DNA of 39,348 bases from an uncultured Dehalococcoidia bacterium. Its GTDB lineage: Bacteria > Chloroflexota > Dehalococcoidia > Lucifugimonadales > UBA3495. The notes under the pieces were generated by a model. The model saw only the letters and a list, made by a program, of their open reading frames with translations, did not search any database and was not told the origin of the DNA. Position numbers and translations under genes: made by a program. Every line of letters starts with the position of its first letter. The first letter of the stretch is position 1. The stretch lies in the NCBI GenBank assembly GCA_950072105.1, contig CATMOE010000034.1, forward strand, positions 1-39,348, given 5' to 3'. Shown piece after piece: positions 10,882 through 20,619 of the stretch.

Positions 10882-12300
10882 ATGGTTACCCCGTCAAGAC
10901 TCGACAATCAACAGATGGCCCAGCGGGTTTTCCAAGAGCTGAGGCCCGGCAGTGCCGTGGCTTTGGGTTCGGGATTACCTGGCCTGGTGCCAGGCCAGGT
11001 GCCTTCGGGTTCCCAGATACTGTTCCTATCCGAGGGCGGAGGCCTGGGATATCAAGCCACGGCGGCCACGGCGGGCCAGGGGCCGACCGTTGTGGATTCC
11101 GGCGGTCAGGGCGTCGACTTGATCCCCGGCGGATCTATGTTAAGCACCATTGACGTGGCTGCGTTGGTCCGCGGCGGCCACGCCGGGGCCGTGGTACTTC
11201 AACCGGCGCAGGTGTCCGCTCAGGGAGATTTCAGCCACTGGACCACCGCGGCCACGCCGGGTCTATTCTCGCCGGGATGGGCCTGGGACCTGGCCAACGG
11301 CCCCGGCCGGGTGATCGCAATCATGGCCCACACCAGAGCGGACGGAAGTCCCAATATCGTCAGTCAGTGCACCCTACCAATTGACGGGGCCGGGTGTGTT
11401 GACATAATCATCACCGATGTGGCGGTTTTAAGGGTGGGTGAGGAAGGTTTGGTGCTGGAAGAAGTGGCTCCCGGCTGGCAGGCCGGCGACGTTGCGGCCA
11501 TCACCGGCGCGCCGTTAATCTTGGCGTCTAACTTGCGCGAGATGTCCTTTGAACCGGTGGTTGCTGAACCGTCCAACAAGGTATATTCCAGCGGGCTTGC
11601 CGCGATTCATGATCTGCCCCAAGGCGCGACGATCATGATCGACGGGTTCGCTGGTCCCGGCGGCATGCCCAACTATCTGATGGTAGCCTTGCGAGATCAT
11701 GGAGTCGGCGGTCTCACGTTAATCTCCAACACGGCGGGCGTGGCCCGGGTGATTGGATTCGGAACACCGCCGGGCCGGCTGGCCATAGACCACAGCATCT
11801 TGGTCGATAACCACCAGATCAAGAAAGCCGTGGCGTCCTTTCCGGTGTCGCCCTCTCCCTCTCGTCCCAGTTCATTTGAACTGGCCTTGCAGCGTGGGGA
11901 AGTTGAAGTGGAAGTCGTGCCCCAGGGAACGCTGGCGGAGCGCATTCGAGCGGGCGCGGCCGGTGTCGCTGCCTTCTATACTCCCACCGCGGCCGGGACC
12001 CAGCTAGCTGACGGGAAAGAAACCCGCGTCTTCGATGGAAAAGAATACGTCCTGGAAGAGGCTTTGCGGGCGGACTTCTGCTTGATCCGTGGGTACAAGG
12101 CCGACACCTTGGGGAACGTGGTTTACAAGGGGACCTCCCGCAACTTTAACTCCGTCATGGCGCCGGCGGCCCGGATCACGATCATTGAAGTAGACCAGGT
12201 GGTGGAGCCAGGGGAACTTGATCCGGAAGAGATAGTCACTCCAGGTGTTTACATAGACCGAATCGTGCTGCGCCCCCCGGATTTTCTGGGCTATGAGTAG
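10882..12300 (+). CDS. CoA-transferase fusion with B-like N-terminal and A-like C-terminal domains
   Basis: N-half: VALGSGLP, SEGG, VRGGH, IITDVAVL. C-half: IDGF, LISN, PQGTLAERIRAG, SRNFNSVMA, TPGVYIDRIV. Confidence 0.85.
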   Translation: MVTPSRLDNQQMAQRVFQELRPGSAVALGSGLPGLVPGQVPSGSQILFLSEGGGLGYQATAATAGQGPTVVDSGGQGVDLIPGGSMLSTIDVAALVRGGHAGAVVLQPAQVSAQGDFSHWTTAATPGLFSPGWAWDLANGPGRVIAIMAHTRADGSPNIVSQCTLPIDGAGCVDIIITDVAVLRVGEEGLVLEEVAPGWQAGDVAAITGAPLILASNLREMSFEPVVAEPSNKVYSSGLAAIHDLPQGATIMIDGFAGPGGMPNYLMVALRDHGVGGLTLISNTAGVARVIGFGTPPGRLAIDHSILVDNHQIKKAVASFPVSPSPSRPSSFELALQRGEVEVEVVPQGTLAERIRAGAAGVAAFYTPTAAGTQLADGKETRVFDGKEYVLEEALRADFCLIRGYKADTLGNVVYKGTSRNFNSVMAPAARITIIEVDQVVEPGELDPEEIVTPGVYIDRIVLRPPDFLGYE

Positions 12301-12351
12301 GGGTGATTCGCCTAAATCTGATCCGATGCGAGGCGGTAGGAGAAGAGTTCC

Positions 12352-13029
12352 ATGACTCATGAAAACGATAAACCTCGTTTAGACCGGGAAATCATCGCCA
12401 TGCGGGTGGCTCAAGAGTTGCCCGACGGCGGCTACGTCAACTTGGGCATCGGCATACCGACCTTGGTGTCCAGTTTCGTGCCCGAAGGTAGAACGGTCTT
12501 CTACCACAGCGAAAGCGGCGTGTTGAACTGCGGGCCGCTGGCGGATGAGGGGGAAGAGGACATCGACTTGATCAACGCGGGAGGCCAGTTCGTGAAGCCC
12601 GTACCGGGTATGGCTTTCTTCAACTCCGCCGATGGGTTCGCCATGATTCGAGGAGGGCATGTCGACGTTACCGTGCTGGGCGCCCACCAAGTGTCGGCCA
12701 AAGGCGATATAGCCAATTGGATGCTGCCCCAACGGGGTGTCGGCAACGTGGGAGGGGCGATGGATCTGGCCGCCGGGGCCAAGGACGTCATCGTCGCCAT
12801 GGAGCATACCGACCGTGAAAATCATCCCAAGATCGTCCAGGTGTGCGATCTGCCGCTAACCGGCAAAGAGTGCGTGTCCTTGATAGTGACTGATCTGGCG
12901 GTGATCCGCCGCACTACCGAGGGACTGGTTCTGGAAGAAGTGGCTCCGGGTTGGACGGCCGAAGAGGTCCAGGAGCTCACCGGGGCCCGACTGACCGTTT
13001 CGCCATCATTGCGAGAGTTCCAACTCTGA
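12352..13029 (+). CDS. 3-oxoacid CoA-transferase subunit B
   Basis: VNLGIGIPT, HSESG (catalytic Glu), IRGGHVD, GGAMDL, CDLPLTG. Confidence 0.92.
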   Translation: MTHENDKPRLDREIIAMRVAQELPDGGYVNLGIGIPTLVSSFVPEGRTVFYHSESGVLNCGPLADEGEEDIDLINAGGQFVKPVPGMAFFNSADGFAMIRGGHVDVTVLGAHQVSAKGDIANWMLPQRGVGNVGGAMDLAAGAKDVIVAMEHTDRENHPKIVQVCDLPLTGKECVSLIVTDLAVIRRTTEGLVLEEVAPGWTAEEVQELTGARLTVSPSLREFQL

Positions 13030-13120
13030 CCCCGTTGCATGCCTCGGCGCCCTACCAGCAAGCCTCCGGCGGCGTGTCCAGCGGCTGGCCAAGGTGGACG
13101 GGGACCGAGTGTATATTACG

Positions 13121-13149
13121 TTGACTCACATTGACCGGAATGATAAGCT
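13121..13149 (+). promoter_or_regulatory. promoter of thi operon
   Basis: TTGACT-17 nt-TAAGCT with extended -10 TG. Confidence 0.6.
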
Positions 13150-13172
13150 AGGCTTGTACCAAGGACATACGG

Positions 13173-13275
13173 ACCGTTTTTGCGGGAGCTTGGGTAAGCC
13201 AGGCTGAGAGGGTGACCAAGGATCGTCGCCGACCGTCTGTACCTGACCCGGATAATGCCGGTGTAGGGATTGGAC
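13173..13275 (+). ncRNA. TPP riboswitch aptamer
   Basis: GGGAGCT...GGCTGAGAG...GACCG...ACCTGACCCGGATAATGCCGGTGTAGGGA upstream of thiG; ends approximate. Confidence 0.92.
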
Positions 13276-13296
13276 GATAATGTTGATTGAAGCGAC

Positions 13297-13330
13297 GACC
13301 GCCAGGTCCCTACCTGGCGGTCTGTTTTAT
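13297..13330 (+). terminator. riboswitch-linked intrinsic terminator
   Basis: GACCGCCAGGT-CCCT-ACCTGGCGGTC followed by TGTTTTATT. Confidence 0.8.
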
Positions 13331-13397
13331 TAAGGGATTTATCGACAGGTTCATCTGGGGTTCACTTGGCTGATATAAAACGGGGGACACATTAGCG

Positions 13398-14183
13398 ATG
13401 TCAGACGATCTAGTAATTGCCGGAAAACACTTTAAATCGCGGCTCATCTTGGGGACCGGACGATACCGTACGATGGAAGATATGGTCGCAGCCGTTGAAG
13501 CCTCGGGAACGGAGATGATTACGGTAGCCATCCGGCGCTTGGACCTGGACGACCCTACTAAAAAGACCATTCTGGACTATATCGACTGGAACAAGTACCA
13601 GATCCTCCCCAACACGGCCGGTTGCGCCACCGTTGAAGAGGCTTTGTTCATCGCCCGGCTGGGCCGGGAAGTGGGCCGAACCGACTTCGTTAAGCTGGAA
13701 GTGATTCCCGACGCCAAATACCTGTTCCCAGACGGCGCGGCCACCCTAGAAGCAGCTCGTCAGTTGGTTGAGGAAGGTTTTGTGGTGTTGCCCTACATCC
13801 ACGCCGACCCGACCCTGGCCATGAGGCTTGAAGAGGTGGGCTGCGCCACGGTGATGCCCCTTGGTTCGGCCATCGGCTCTGGCCAGGGGATCCACACCAC
13901 CGAAGAAGTGAAGATCATCCTTGAACAGGTTAAAGTGCCGGTCGTGGTGGACGCCGGACTAGCGGTGCCTTCGGACGCCTCCCACGCCATGGAGTTGGGA
14001 GCAGGCGCTGTATTGGTTAACACCGCCATTGCACAAGCTGAGAATCCCGCGTTGATGGCTGAGGCGTTCAAGAACGGGGTGGACGCAGGCCGGAAGGCAT
14101 ACCTGGCGGGCCGGATAGCCACTCGGGTTAATGCCATCCCCAGTAGCCCGGCAACCGACGTGCCCCAACCGGTACAGGCCTAA
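13398..14183 (+). CDS. thiG: thiazole synthase
   Basis: SRLILGTG, LPNTAGC, VKLEVI, VMPLGSAIGSGQG, VDAG, LVNTAIA. Confidence 0.97.
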   Translation: MSDDLVIAGKHFKSRLILGTGRYRTMEDMVAAVEASGTEMITVAIRRLDLDDPTKKTILDYIDWNKYQILPNTAGCATVEEALFIARLGREVGRTDFVKLEVIPDAKYLFPDGAATLEAARQLVEEGFVVLPYIHADPTLAMRLEEVGCATVMPLGSAIGSGQGIHTTEEVKIILEQVKVPVVVDAGLAVPSDASHAMELGAGAVLVNTAIAQAENPALMAEAFKNGVDAGRKAYLAGRIATRVNAIPSSPATDVPQPVQA

Positions 14184-14193
14184 ACCAATCCTG

Positions 14194-14880
14194 ATGCCAG
14201 GACCGGTTTCCCAGCCTTGTCTATGTCTGGTCACCGACCGAACGTTGGGCGACCCAGAAACCTTGGTCCACCGGGTTGCCGCCGCCGTAGCCGGTGGCGT
14301 CGATATGGTTCAGTTACGTGAGAAAGATCTGCCCGGTGGTTCCCTGCTGGAGTTGGCCGGAGAGATTAAGGCTGCCGTGGCCGGGCGTGCTCTCTTATTG
14401 ATCAACGAGAGAGTCGATGTTGCCATGGCCGCGGGCGCATCCGGCGTTCAGTTAGGCGAAGAGGCCCTGCCCACCGCCACCGCCAGGGACATCCTTGGTG
14501 AGGAGTTCCTCATAGGTAGGTCGGTACACTCCGTGGCTGGAGCCGGTGAGGCAATGACCCAAGGCGCCGACTTTCTCGTTGTGGGCACTATATATTCGAC
14601 CCGCTCCCACCCCGGCGCCACTCCAGCAGGACCCGAGTTGGTGCGCCAGATCTCCCGGCGGTGTAACCTGCCGCTCATCGGAATAGGTGGCATCAACGAA
14701 GGAAATTTGGTCGACGTGCTGGCGGCCGGCGCGGCGGGCATCGCCGTGATCACCAGCATTCTGGACGCGGCGGACCCGGAAGCAGCAGCCCGCCGATTGA
14801 AACAAGCGATGTTGCAAGCTTGGCCGGGTGGTTCACCCGTCATGCAGGGGGAAACTAGTGGAGGTTCCCGAGTGGGATGA
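14194..14880 (+). CDS. thiE: thiamine phosphate synthase
   Basis: VQLREKD, INER.D, GRSVH, IYSTRSH, IGIGGI; start re-assigned to 14194. Confidence 0.92.
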   Translation: MPGPVSQPCLCLVTDRTLGDPETLVHRVAAAVAGGVDMVQLREKDLPGGSLLELAGEIKAAVAGRALLLINERVDVAMAAGASGVQLGEEALPTATARDILGEEFLIGRSVHSVAGAGEAMTQGADFLVVGTIYSTRSHPGATPAGPELVRQISRRCNLPLIGIGGINEGNLVDVLAAGAAGIAVITSILDAADPEAAARRLKQAMLQAWPGGSPVMQGETSGGSRVG

Positions 14881-15080
14881 TTAATCTGAAGGTGAACGGC
14901 AAACCCAGGTCGCTGGACGAAAGCGTCGACTTGGCGACCTACCTGGAATCCTTCGGTGTGAACATGCAGCATGTGGCCGTTGGATACAATGGTGAGGTCC
15001 TCAAGAAAGAGGAGTTCCCCCAGGTGAAATTACAGGATGGGGACGTTCTGGAGATTGTTCGGCCCGTCGGCGGCGGCTGA
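14877..15080 (+). CDS. thiS: sulfur carrier protein ThiS
   Basis: 67 aa ubiquitin-like, ends LEIVRPVGGG. Confidence 0.95.
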   Translation: MINLKVNGKPRSLDESVDLATYLESFGVNMQHVAVGYNGEVLKKEEFPQVKLQDGDVLEIVRPVGGG

Positions 15081-15254
15081 CCCGTTCCGGTCCCGTCCAG
15101 ACCGCCTATTCGGTCCGGGTCATGAAGGCTCCGTTCCGGCTGCCCTAGCCACGATCGTCCTACCACCTTGTTGGCTCCCCAAATCCTCCATTTCTGACAA
15201 CTATTTATCGCGGCATTATCATGCTATCCGTGACTCTATGAGTTCTTAACGCCC

Positions 15255-15533
15255 GTGGCGTTAATGAGCGATGTGAAGGACCAAAGCATGGAAGAAAAAT
15301 CCCTAGAGGCTGCGGCCTTGGACGAAATGTTGGGCGGGATCATCCGGGACAATCAGGAAAAGGTAGTGGGCTGGATGCGGGAAGAGCCGGGTTGCTGGGG
15401 CCACCTGGCTGGCAAGGGCGTGGCCGCTTGTCGACAGGAGCTGGGGCGGCCGCTGACCGATGGGGAGAGGCGGTTGGTCTGGCATCGGCTCTGGTGGTGG
15501 CTGGAACAAATCAAGAGCCAGGCGTTGTCCTGA
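15255..15533 (+). CDS. hypothetical protein
   Basis: Fills the gap and converges on the next gene's stop; protein-like composition; start uncertain. Confidence 0.6.
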   Translation: MALMSDVKDQSMEEKSLEAAALDEMLGGIIRDNQEKVVGWMREEPGCWGHLAGKGVAACRQELGRPLTDGERRLVWHRLWWWLEQIKSQALS

Positions 15534-15534
15534 T

Positions 15535-16521
15535 CTAGACCGGCCCCCGAAGCTGGGGCGATTCCAGCACCTCGGGGTTGATAACCCGGACGGCTTCGCC
15601 GCTGGAGAAAGCGCGAATATCCTCTACCACGCCCCCGTAGAACGCCCGGTATGCTTCCTCGGTTACGTAGCCCACGTGAGGTGTGATCACCGTGTTGGAC
15701 AGCTTCAACAATGGGTGGTCCTTGGGCAGGGGCTCCACGTCCAGGGTGTCCAGACCGGCTCCGGCGATGGCCTTGCGTTGCAGCGCGTCGACTAACGCAG
15801 CCTCATCGACGATGGGTCCCCGAGAGATGTTGATGAAGTAGGACGTGGGTTTCATCAAACCCAGCTCCCTGGCCCCGACCAGGCCCCGGGTGCGGTCGCT
15901 GAGCCGCAGGTGGACCGACACGATGTCGGCCTCACGGAATAGAGTGTCTTTGTCTACCAGGGTTGCTTGGCACTCGGCCGCCCGCTCTGCTGTCAGGTTC
16001 TGACTCCATGCGATCACGTTCATGTCGAAGGCGTTGCCCACCCGGCCCACAAGGGATCCGATGTGTCCGAGACCGATAAGGCCCAGGTTCTTGCCCTTTA
16101 GCCCTACGCCCAGGGTAGTGCCCCATTGACCCTGGCGGGTCCGCTGGTCCTCTTGAGGAATCTGACGCATAATGCTGATGATCAATCCCCAAGTGAGCTC
16201 GGTGGGCCCCTCACCCGCGCCACCGGTGCCGGCGAGAACGATACCCAGTTCGGTTGCCGCCGCTTCGTCGAAGCCGGCGTTGCGGCCTCCGGTAGTGATC
16301 AAGAGGCGCAACTCGGGTAACCGACTGAGAACCGACCGAGGGAATCCGGTGCGTTCTCTCATCCCAGCCACGATCTGGAAGTCCTTCAACCGCTCCACCA
16401 AGGCATCTTCATCGGCAATATGGTCGTGGAAGTATTCAACCTGATGTCCTGAACCCGCCTGGGACCAGTCGGCCATCTCCGATGCCACACTTTGGTAATC
16501 GTCTAGGACTGCGATCTTCAC
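15535..16521 (-). CDS. D-2-hydroxyacid dehydrogenase family protein
   Basis: MKIAVLDDYQ, MRERT, GLGHIG, INISRG, DVEPL, TPHVGY. Confidence 0.92.
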   Translation of the reverse strand: MKIAVLDDYQSVASEMADWSQAGSGHQVEYFHDHIADEDALVERLKDFQIVAGMRERTGFPRSVLSRLPELRLLITTGGRNAGFDEAAATELGIVLAGTGGAGEGPTELTWGLIISIMRQIPQEDQRTRQGQWGTTLGVGLKGKNLGLIGLGHIGSLVGRVGNAFDMNVIAWSQNLTAERAAECQATLVDKDTLFREADIVSVHLRLSDRTRGLVGARELGLMKPTSYFINISRGPIVDEAALVDALQRKAIAGAGLDTLDVEPLPKDHPLLKLSNTVITPHVGYVTEEAYRAFYGGVVEDIRAFSSGEAVRVINPEVLESPQLRGPV

Positions 16522-16660
16522 GTTGCTTCTCCAATATTGAGCTATCGGTTGTCAGCGGTCAGCCAATACATTGTAAAAATTACCTATCCCCATAGGATTA
16601 ACTGGTTATTCTCAATCGATTGAGACCAATAGTTGATAGCTGAGCGCTGACTGCCCGCCG

Positions 16661-17713
16661 CTACGCGAACGCCGGCATGACCTTTTCGGTCAGCAGCTTA
16701 AGGCTGCGGTACACCGCCTCTTTGGGGAGTTGCCCGCCGGGATTCAACTCGGCGGTGAACGCGCTCAACCCCAATGTTTCCTTGAACTGGGCCAATTTTT
16801 CGGTCACCGATTCGGCAGTCCCGAAGATCACTTTTGTGTCCAGGATATCTTCGTATGTCATATTGGCCATTCGCTGGGCCCGGGCTTGCCTGGGAGAGCT
16901 AGGATCGGTGCCTCCGCGAACGTTTTCGTTCTCGTCGAAAAACCGGCGCATCCGGGAGAAATAGGCCTCGATGGACTCTTTAGGTTCCTGTACGGCGGCC
17001 TCTTCGGACAGACCGATGTACACCGGTACCCTGACAGAGATGTCGCCCTTACCGGGGTGTCCAGCGTCTTTCCAGGCCTTGTGGTACTCCTTGAGGTTTG
17101 TTTCAAGATCGTGTACATCCATGCCCCGCATGGACAGGAATATGGGATAACCCAGGCGGCCTACCCGCGCAAAGCTGTCTTCGCCGCTGGATGCGATGCG
17201 TACCACTGGGTGGGGTTTTTGATAAGGCGTTGGAGACACCGTCGCGTCTGTTATATGGTTGAACTTGCCTTCATAGGAGAATGGTTCTCCCTTCCACGCT
17301 TCCAGGATGATGTCCAGAGCTTCCTGGAACCGCTCCCTGCTTTCCTCGTAGGGGATCCCCATGACCTCGTAAGCCCGCACGTTGCCGCTGCGTCCCACGC
17401 CGAACTCGAATCGGCCTTCGCTGATCTGGTCCACCGTCGCCGCTTCTTCGGCGATCCGCAGGGGACTGATCAGGGGCAAAACCTGGACCGCCATGCCGAC
17501 TTTGAGCCTTTTGGTTCGGGACGCGATCGAGCTGGCAACGACGATGGGCGCCGAAAGCACCGAGCGCCTGGGATTGAAATGGGACTCCCCCAGCCACACC
17601 GAGTCCAGGCCCGATTCTTCGGCCAGGTCCACCAGTTCGAATGCCTCCCGGAACACCTCGGTTTGAGTCAGTCCAGGGGTACTGTAGAAGTCCATGAACA
17701 TTCCGAATTCCAT
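16661..17713 (-). CDS. LLM class flavin-dependent oxidoreductase (luciferase-like monooxygenase)
   Basis: AEESGLDSVWLGESHF, PLRIAEEAATVDQISEGRFEFGVGR, PYQKPHP; start MEFGMF. Confidence 0.93.
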   Translation of the reverse strand: MEFGMFMDFYSTPGLTQTEVFREAFELVDLAEESGLDSVWLGESHFNPRRSVLSAPIVVASSIASRTKRLKVGMAVQVLPLISPLRIAEEAATVDQISEGRFEFGVGRSGNVRAYEVMGIPYEESRERFQEALDIILEAWKGEPFSYEGKFNHITDATVSPTPYQKPHPVVRIASSGEDSFARVGRLGYPIFLSMRGMDVHDLETNLKEYHKAWKDAGHPGKGDISVRVPVYIGLSEEAAVQEPKESIEAYFSRMRRFFDENENVRGGTDPSSPRQARAQRMANMTYEDILDTKVIFGTAESVTEKLAQFKETLGLSAFTAELNPGGQLPKEAVYRSLKLLTEKVMPAFA

Positions 17714-17973
17714 CTTTTCCTCACGGCCTTGTCCGGAATTTCGCGCCCCAGCCATTCAACCGTAACAACCGGAGGCGGTTTTTGAGTGGCAGGTGTCGCG
17801 CCGGGTTCAGTAAAACATAGACCCCCACAAGGGTCAAGCGAACGGACTGGTTCATAAGCTAAGGGAGATCGCAGAAAACCGCCTCGCATAGTGTATTTGT
17901 TTGGTCTCAAACTTGCCCGCTCAGCATACTAACTGCTAGCATGGCCTAAGCAGGTACGGATAGGAGTCAAATC

Positions 17974-19386
17974 TTGGTAGGAATCGCCGCATATGGTGCC
18001 TATGTTCCCAGATTCCGGCTGGGCGCCAGCACGACTGGGTGGAACGCGGGGACGGAACGCTCGGTCGCCAATTTCGACGAAGATAGCGTAACTATGGCCG
18101 TGGCCGCCGGACTGGATTGTCTTCGTGGGCGGGACCGGCAGTCCGTTGACGGCCTTATATTCGCGACTACCACGCCTCCTTATGCCGAAAAGCAATGCGC
18201 TGCGATCATCGCTGAAGCGCTGGACCTGCGCCGGGATATTTTTTCCGCCGACGTAACCGATGTTTTGCGCGCCGGTACTAACGGACTCAAAGCGGGACTG
18301 GACTCGGTAGCCGCAGGCTCCGCTAAGCAGGTCCTGGTGATTGCCAGCGACAGCCGGCAAGGAGCGCCCAAAGGGGATACTGAGCGCAATTCAGGAGACG
18401 GCGCGGCGGCGTTTCTGGTCTCCCAAGAAGACACGATAGCGTCCTTGGAGGGCTTCTACTCGATCACCGACAACATATTGGACAACTGGCGCTCGGCCCA
18501 AGACCCTTTCGTCCGCTCCTGGGAGGAGCGGTTTGCCACTGAAGAGGGATTGGAGCGGATCTTGGGCGAGGCATTGTCCGGCTATTTCCAACAGCATGGA
18601 TCGGCCGCCGGCGATGTGGCCAAGGTGGCCCTTTACGCTCCCGACGGACGCCGCCATGGCCAACTGGCCCGGGGCTTGGGCTTTTCCGCCGAGCAGATAC
18701 AGGACTCCCTTTACGGACGGTTGGGCAACACCGGGGCGGCATTCTCATTGATGCTGCTGATCGCGGCATTGGAGCAGGCCGAGCCCGGCCAGTTGTTGCT
18801 GGCGGTGTCCTACGGTGACGGCAGCGACGTGGTAGGATTTCGCACCACCCCAGACATCAAAAAGTTGGCCCCGTCGATGGGCGTAACCGGCTACCTGGAT
18901 TCTAAGCTGATGCTCGATGACTACGAGACCTACGCCGGTTGGCGGAACGTGTGGATCACCGACTCCGCCGCCCGGCGGCCCACTCCCGCATCGCCCTCGG
19001 CGGCCGCGATCTGGCGGGAGGGCGATCGCAACATACGGCTATACGGGGCGTCCTGCGACAAATGCGGCTACGTCCAATACCCACCCCAAAGGGTTTGCGT
19101 CGATTGCCAGGCACGGGATGAATCGACCCCTATAAGGCTCAGCGACCGGCCGGGCACCGTTTTCACCTATTCTTTGGACTACATCGCTGGTACAACTGAC
19201 ATCCCTCTGGTAATCGTTGCGGTGGACTTTGAGGGAGGCGGCCGGATCTTGTGCATGATGACCGACCGGGCCCTGGAAGAAGTGGCCATCGACATGCCGG
19301 TGGAGATGAGCTTTCGCAAGCTACGGGTGGTAAACGGCATCCATAACTACTACTGGAAAGCTATTCCCAAACGGTCCACACTCTGA
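17974..19386 (+). CDS. HMG-CoA-synthase-like domain fused to DUF35 (zinc ribbon + OB fold)
   Basis: GIAAYGAYVPRFRL, DEDSVTMAV, GDGAAA, LGNTGAA, SYGDG; C-terminal CDKCG..YPP..VCVDC and OB fold. Confidence 0.85.
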   Translation: MVGIAAYGAYVPRFRLGASTTGWNAGTERSVANFDEDSVTMAVAAGLDCLRGRDRQSVDGLIFATTTPPYAEKQCAAIIAEALDLRRDIFSADVTDVLRAGTNGLKAGLDSVAAGSAKQVLVIASDSRQGAPKGDTERNSGDGAAAFLVSQEDTIASLEGFYSITDNILDNWRSAQDPFVRSWEERFATEEGLERILGEALSGYFQQHGSAAGDVAKVALYAPDGRRHGQLARGLGFSAEQIQDSLYGRLGNTGAAFSLMLLIAALEQAEPGQLLLAVSYGDGSDVVGFRTTPDIKKLAPSMGVTGYLDSKLMLDDYETYAGWRNVWITDSAARRPTPASPSAAAIWREGDRNIRLYGASCDKCGYVQYPPQRVCVDCQARDESTPIRLSDRPGTVFTYSLDYIAGTTDIPLVIVAVDFEGGGRILCMMTDRALEEVAIDMPVEMSFRKLRVVNGIHNYYWKAIPKRSTL

Positions 19387-19408
19387 TCTATAAGAGGAAG
19401 AGGCGAGC

Positions 19409-20581
19409 ATGAGCGGAATAAAAGACCGGGTGGCCATCATTGGAATGGGATGCTCCAAGTTTGGAGAGCGTTGGGACGTGGACTCCGCGGACCTTATGGT
19501 GGAAGCCGCCTACGAGGCTTTTGCCGATGCCGGGATCGAGAGCAAGGACGTTCAGGCAGCCTGGTTGGGGACCGTTAGTTCCTTTCGCACCGGACAGCCC
19601 TTGGCCGCGGCACTGAAACTGGACTACATACCCATCAGCCGGTTGGAAAACGCCTGCGCCACCGCCACCGATGCCTTCCGGAACGCTTGCTACGCGGTGG
19701 CCGCCGGTATCTACGATATTGTCCTGGTCATGGGAGTGGAGAAGCTGAAAGATTCGGGCTTTTCCGGCTTGGCCATCGCCGAGGCCCCGGGTTCCGACGT
19801 CGCTCCTCCGGCGCCGCCTCCGGCCCAGTTCGCCATGGCGGCCACCCGCTATTTCCACCACTACGACATCCCTTACGACGAGGGGCGTCAGACCTTGGCC
19901 GAGATCGCGGTTAAGAACCACCACAACGGCACCATGAGCCCCAAGGCCCACTTCCAACGGGAAGTGAGCGTCGAGCAGGTCATCAACGCGCCGATGATCG
20001 CTTGGCCCCTGGGACTTTATGACTGCTGCGGCGTTAGCGACGGTGCGGCGGCGGCGATCATTACGACCCCGGAGATTGCCCGCAGTTTCCGGGACGACTA
20101 CGTCTTGGTAAAGGGTCTGGGTCTAGCCGTGGGGGCATTTGGAATGCTGCGCAACGACTGGGATTTCGTCCATTTTCCCGAAAGCGTTAGGGCCAGCCAG
20201 GCCTGCTACCAGGAGGCCGGAATCACCGATCCTCGTAAAGAGCTGGACCTGGCGATGGTCCACGACTGTTTCACTATCACCGAGCTCATTATTTACGAAG
20301 ACCTAGGGTTCAGCCCCCGGGGCAAGGCCAGCGAGGACGTGGCGGCGGGGACATTCTCGCTGGAAGGTGAGCTGCCGGTGAACACCGACGGCGGCCTCAA
20401 GTGTTTTGGTCACCCCATCGGCGCCAGCGGTATACGCATGATTTACGAGGTGTACAAGCAGATTCAAGGGAAGGCTGGAGCCCGCCAACTAGCTAAGGCC
20501 GACCTGGGCATCACCCACAATCTGGGTGGGCGTCCCGGCTCCTTCACTTGCTCGGTGGCTGCCTTCGGAGCACGAGATTAG
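19409..20581 (+). CDS. acetyl-CoA acetyltransferase (SCP-x/archaeal-type thiolase)
   Basis: ENACAT, KNHHNG, SDGAAA, VHDCF, GHPIGASG. Confidence 0.92.
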   Translation: MSGIKDRVAIIGMGCSKFGERWDVDSADLMVEAAYEAFADAGIESKDVQAAWLGTVSSFRTGQPLAAALKLDYIPISRLENACATATDAFRNACYAVAAGIYDIVLVMGVEKLKDSGFSGLAIAEAPGSDVAPPAPPPAQFAMAATRYFHHYDIPYDEGRQTLAEIAVKNHHNGTMSPKAHFQREVSVEQVINAPMIAWPLGLYDCCGVSDGAAAAIITTPEIARSFRDDYVLVKGLGLAVGAFGMLRNDWDFVHFPESVRASQACYQEAGITDPRKELDLAMVHDCFTITELIIYEDLGFSPRGKASEDVAAGTFSLEGELPVNTDGGLKCFGHPIGASGIRMIYEVYKQIQGKAGARQLAKADLGITHNLGGRPGSFTCSVAAFGARD

Positions 20582-20619
20582 CCGGGTTATTAAGGAAAAC
20601 TCAACACCGGGAGGTTGCC

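Noticed and set aside
16730..17785. 351-aa plus-strand ORF and similar long antisense ORFs (4674..5450, 29180..29851, 30230..31000, 33256..34014)
   Set aside because: Antisense shadows of well-supported genes in GC-rich DNA, with no motifs
17974..19386. HMG-CoA synthase / mevalonate pathway call
   Set aside because: Catalytic Cys and Glu are not evident and no other mevalonate genes are nearby
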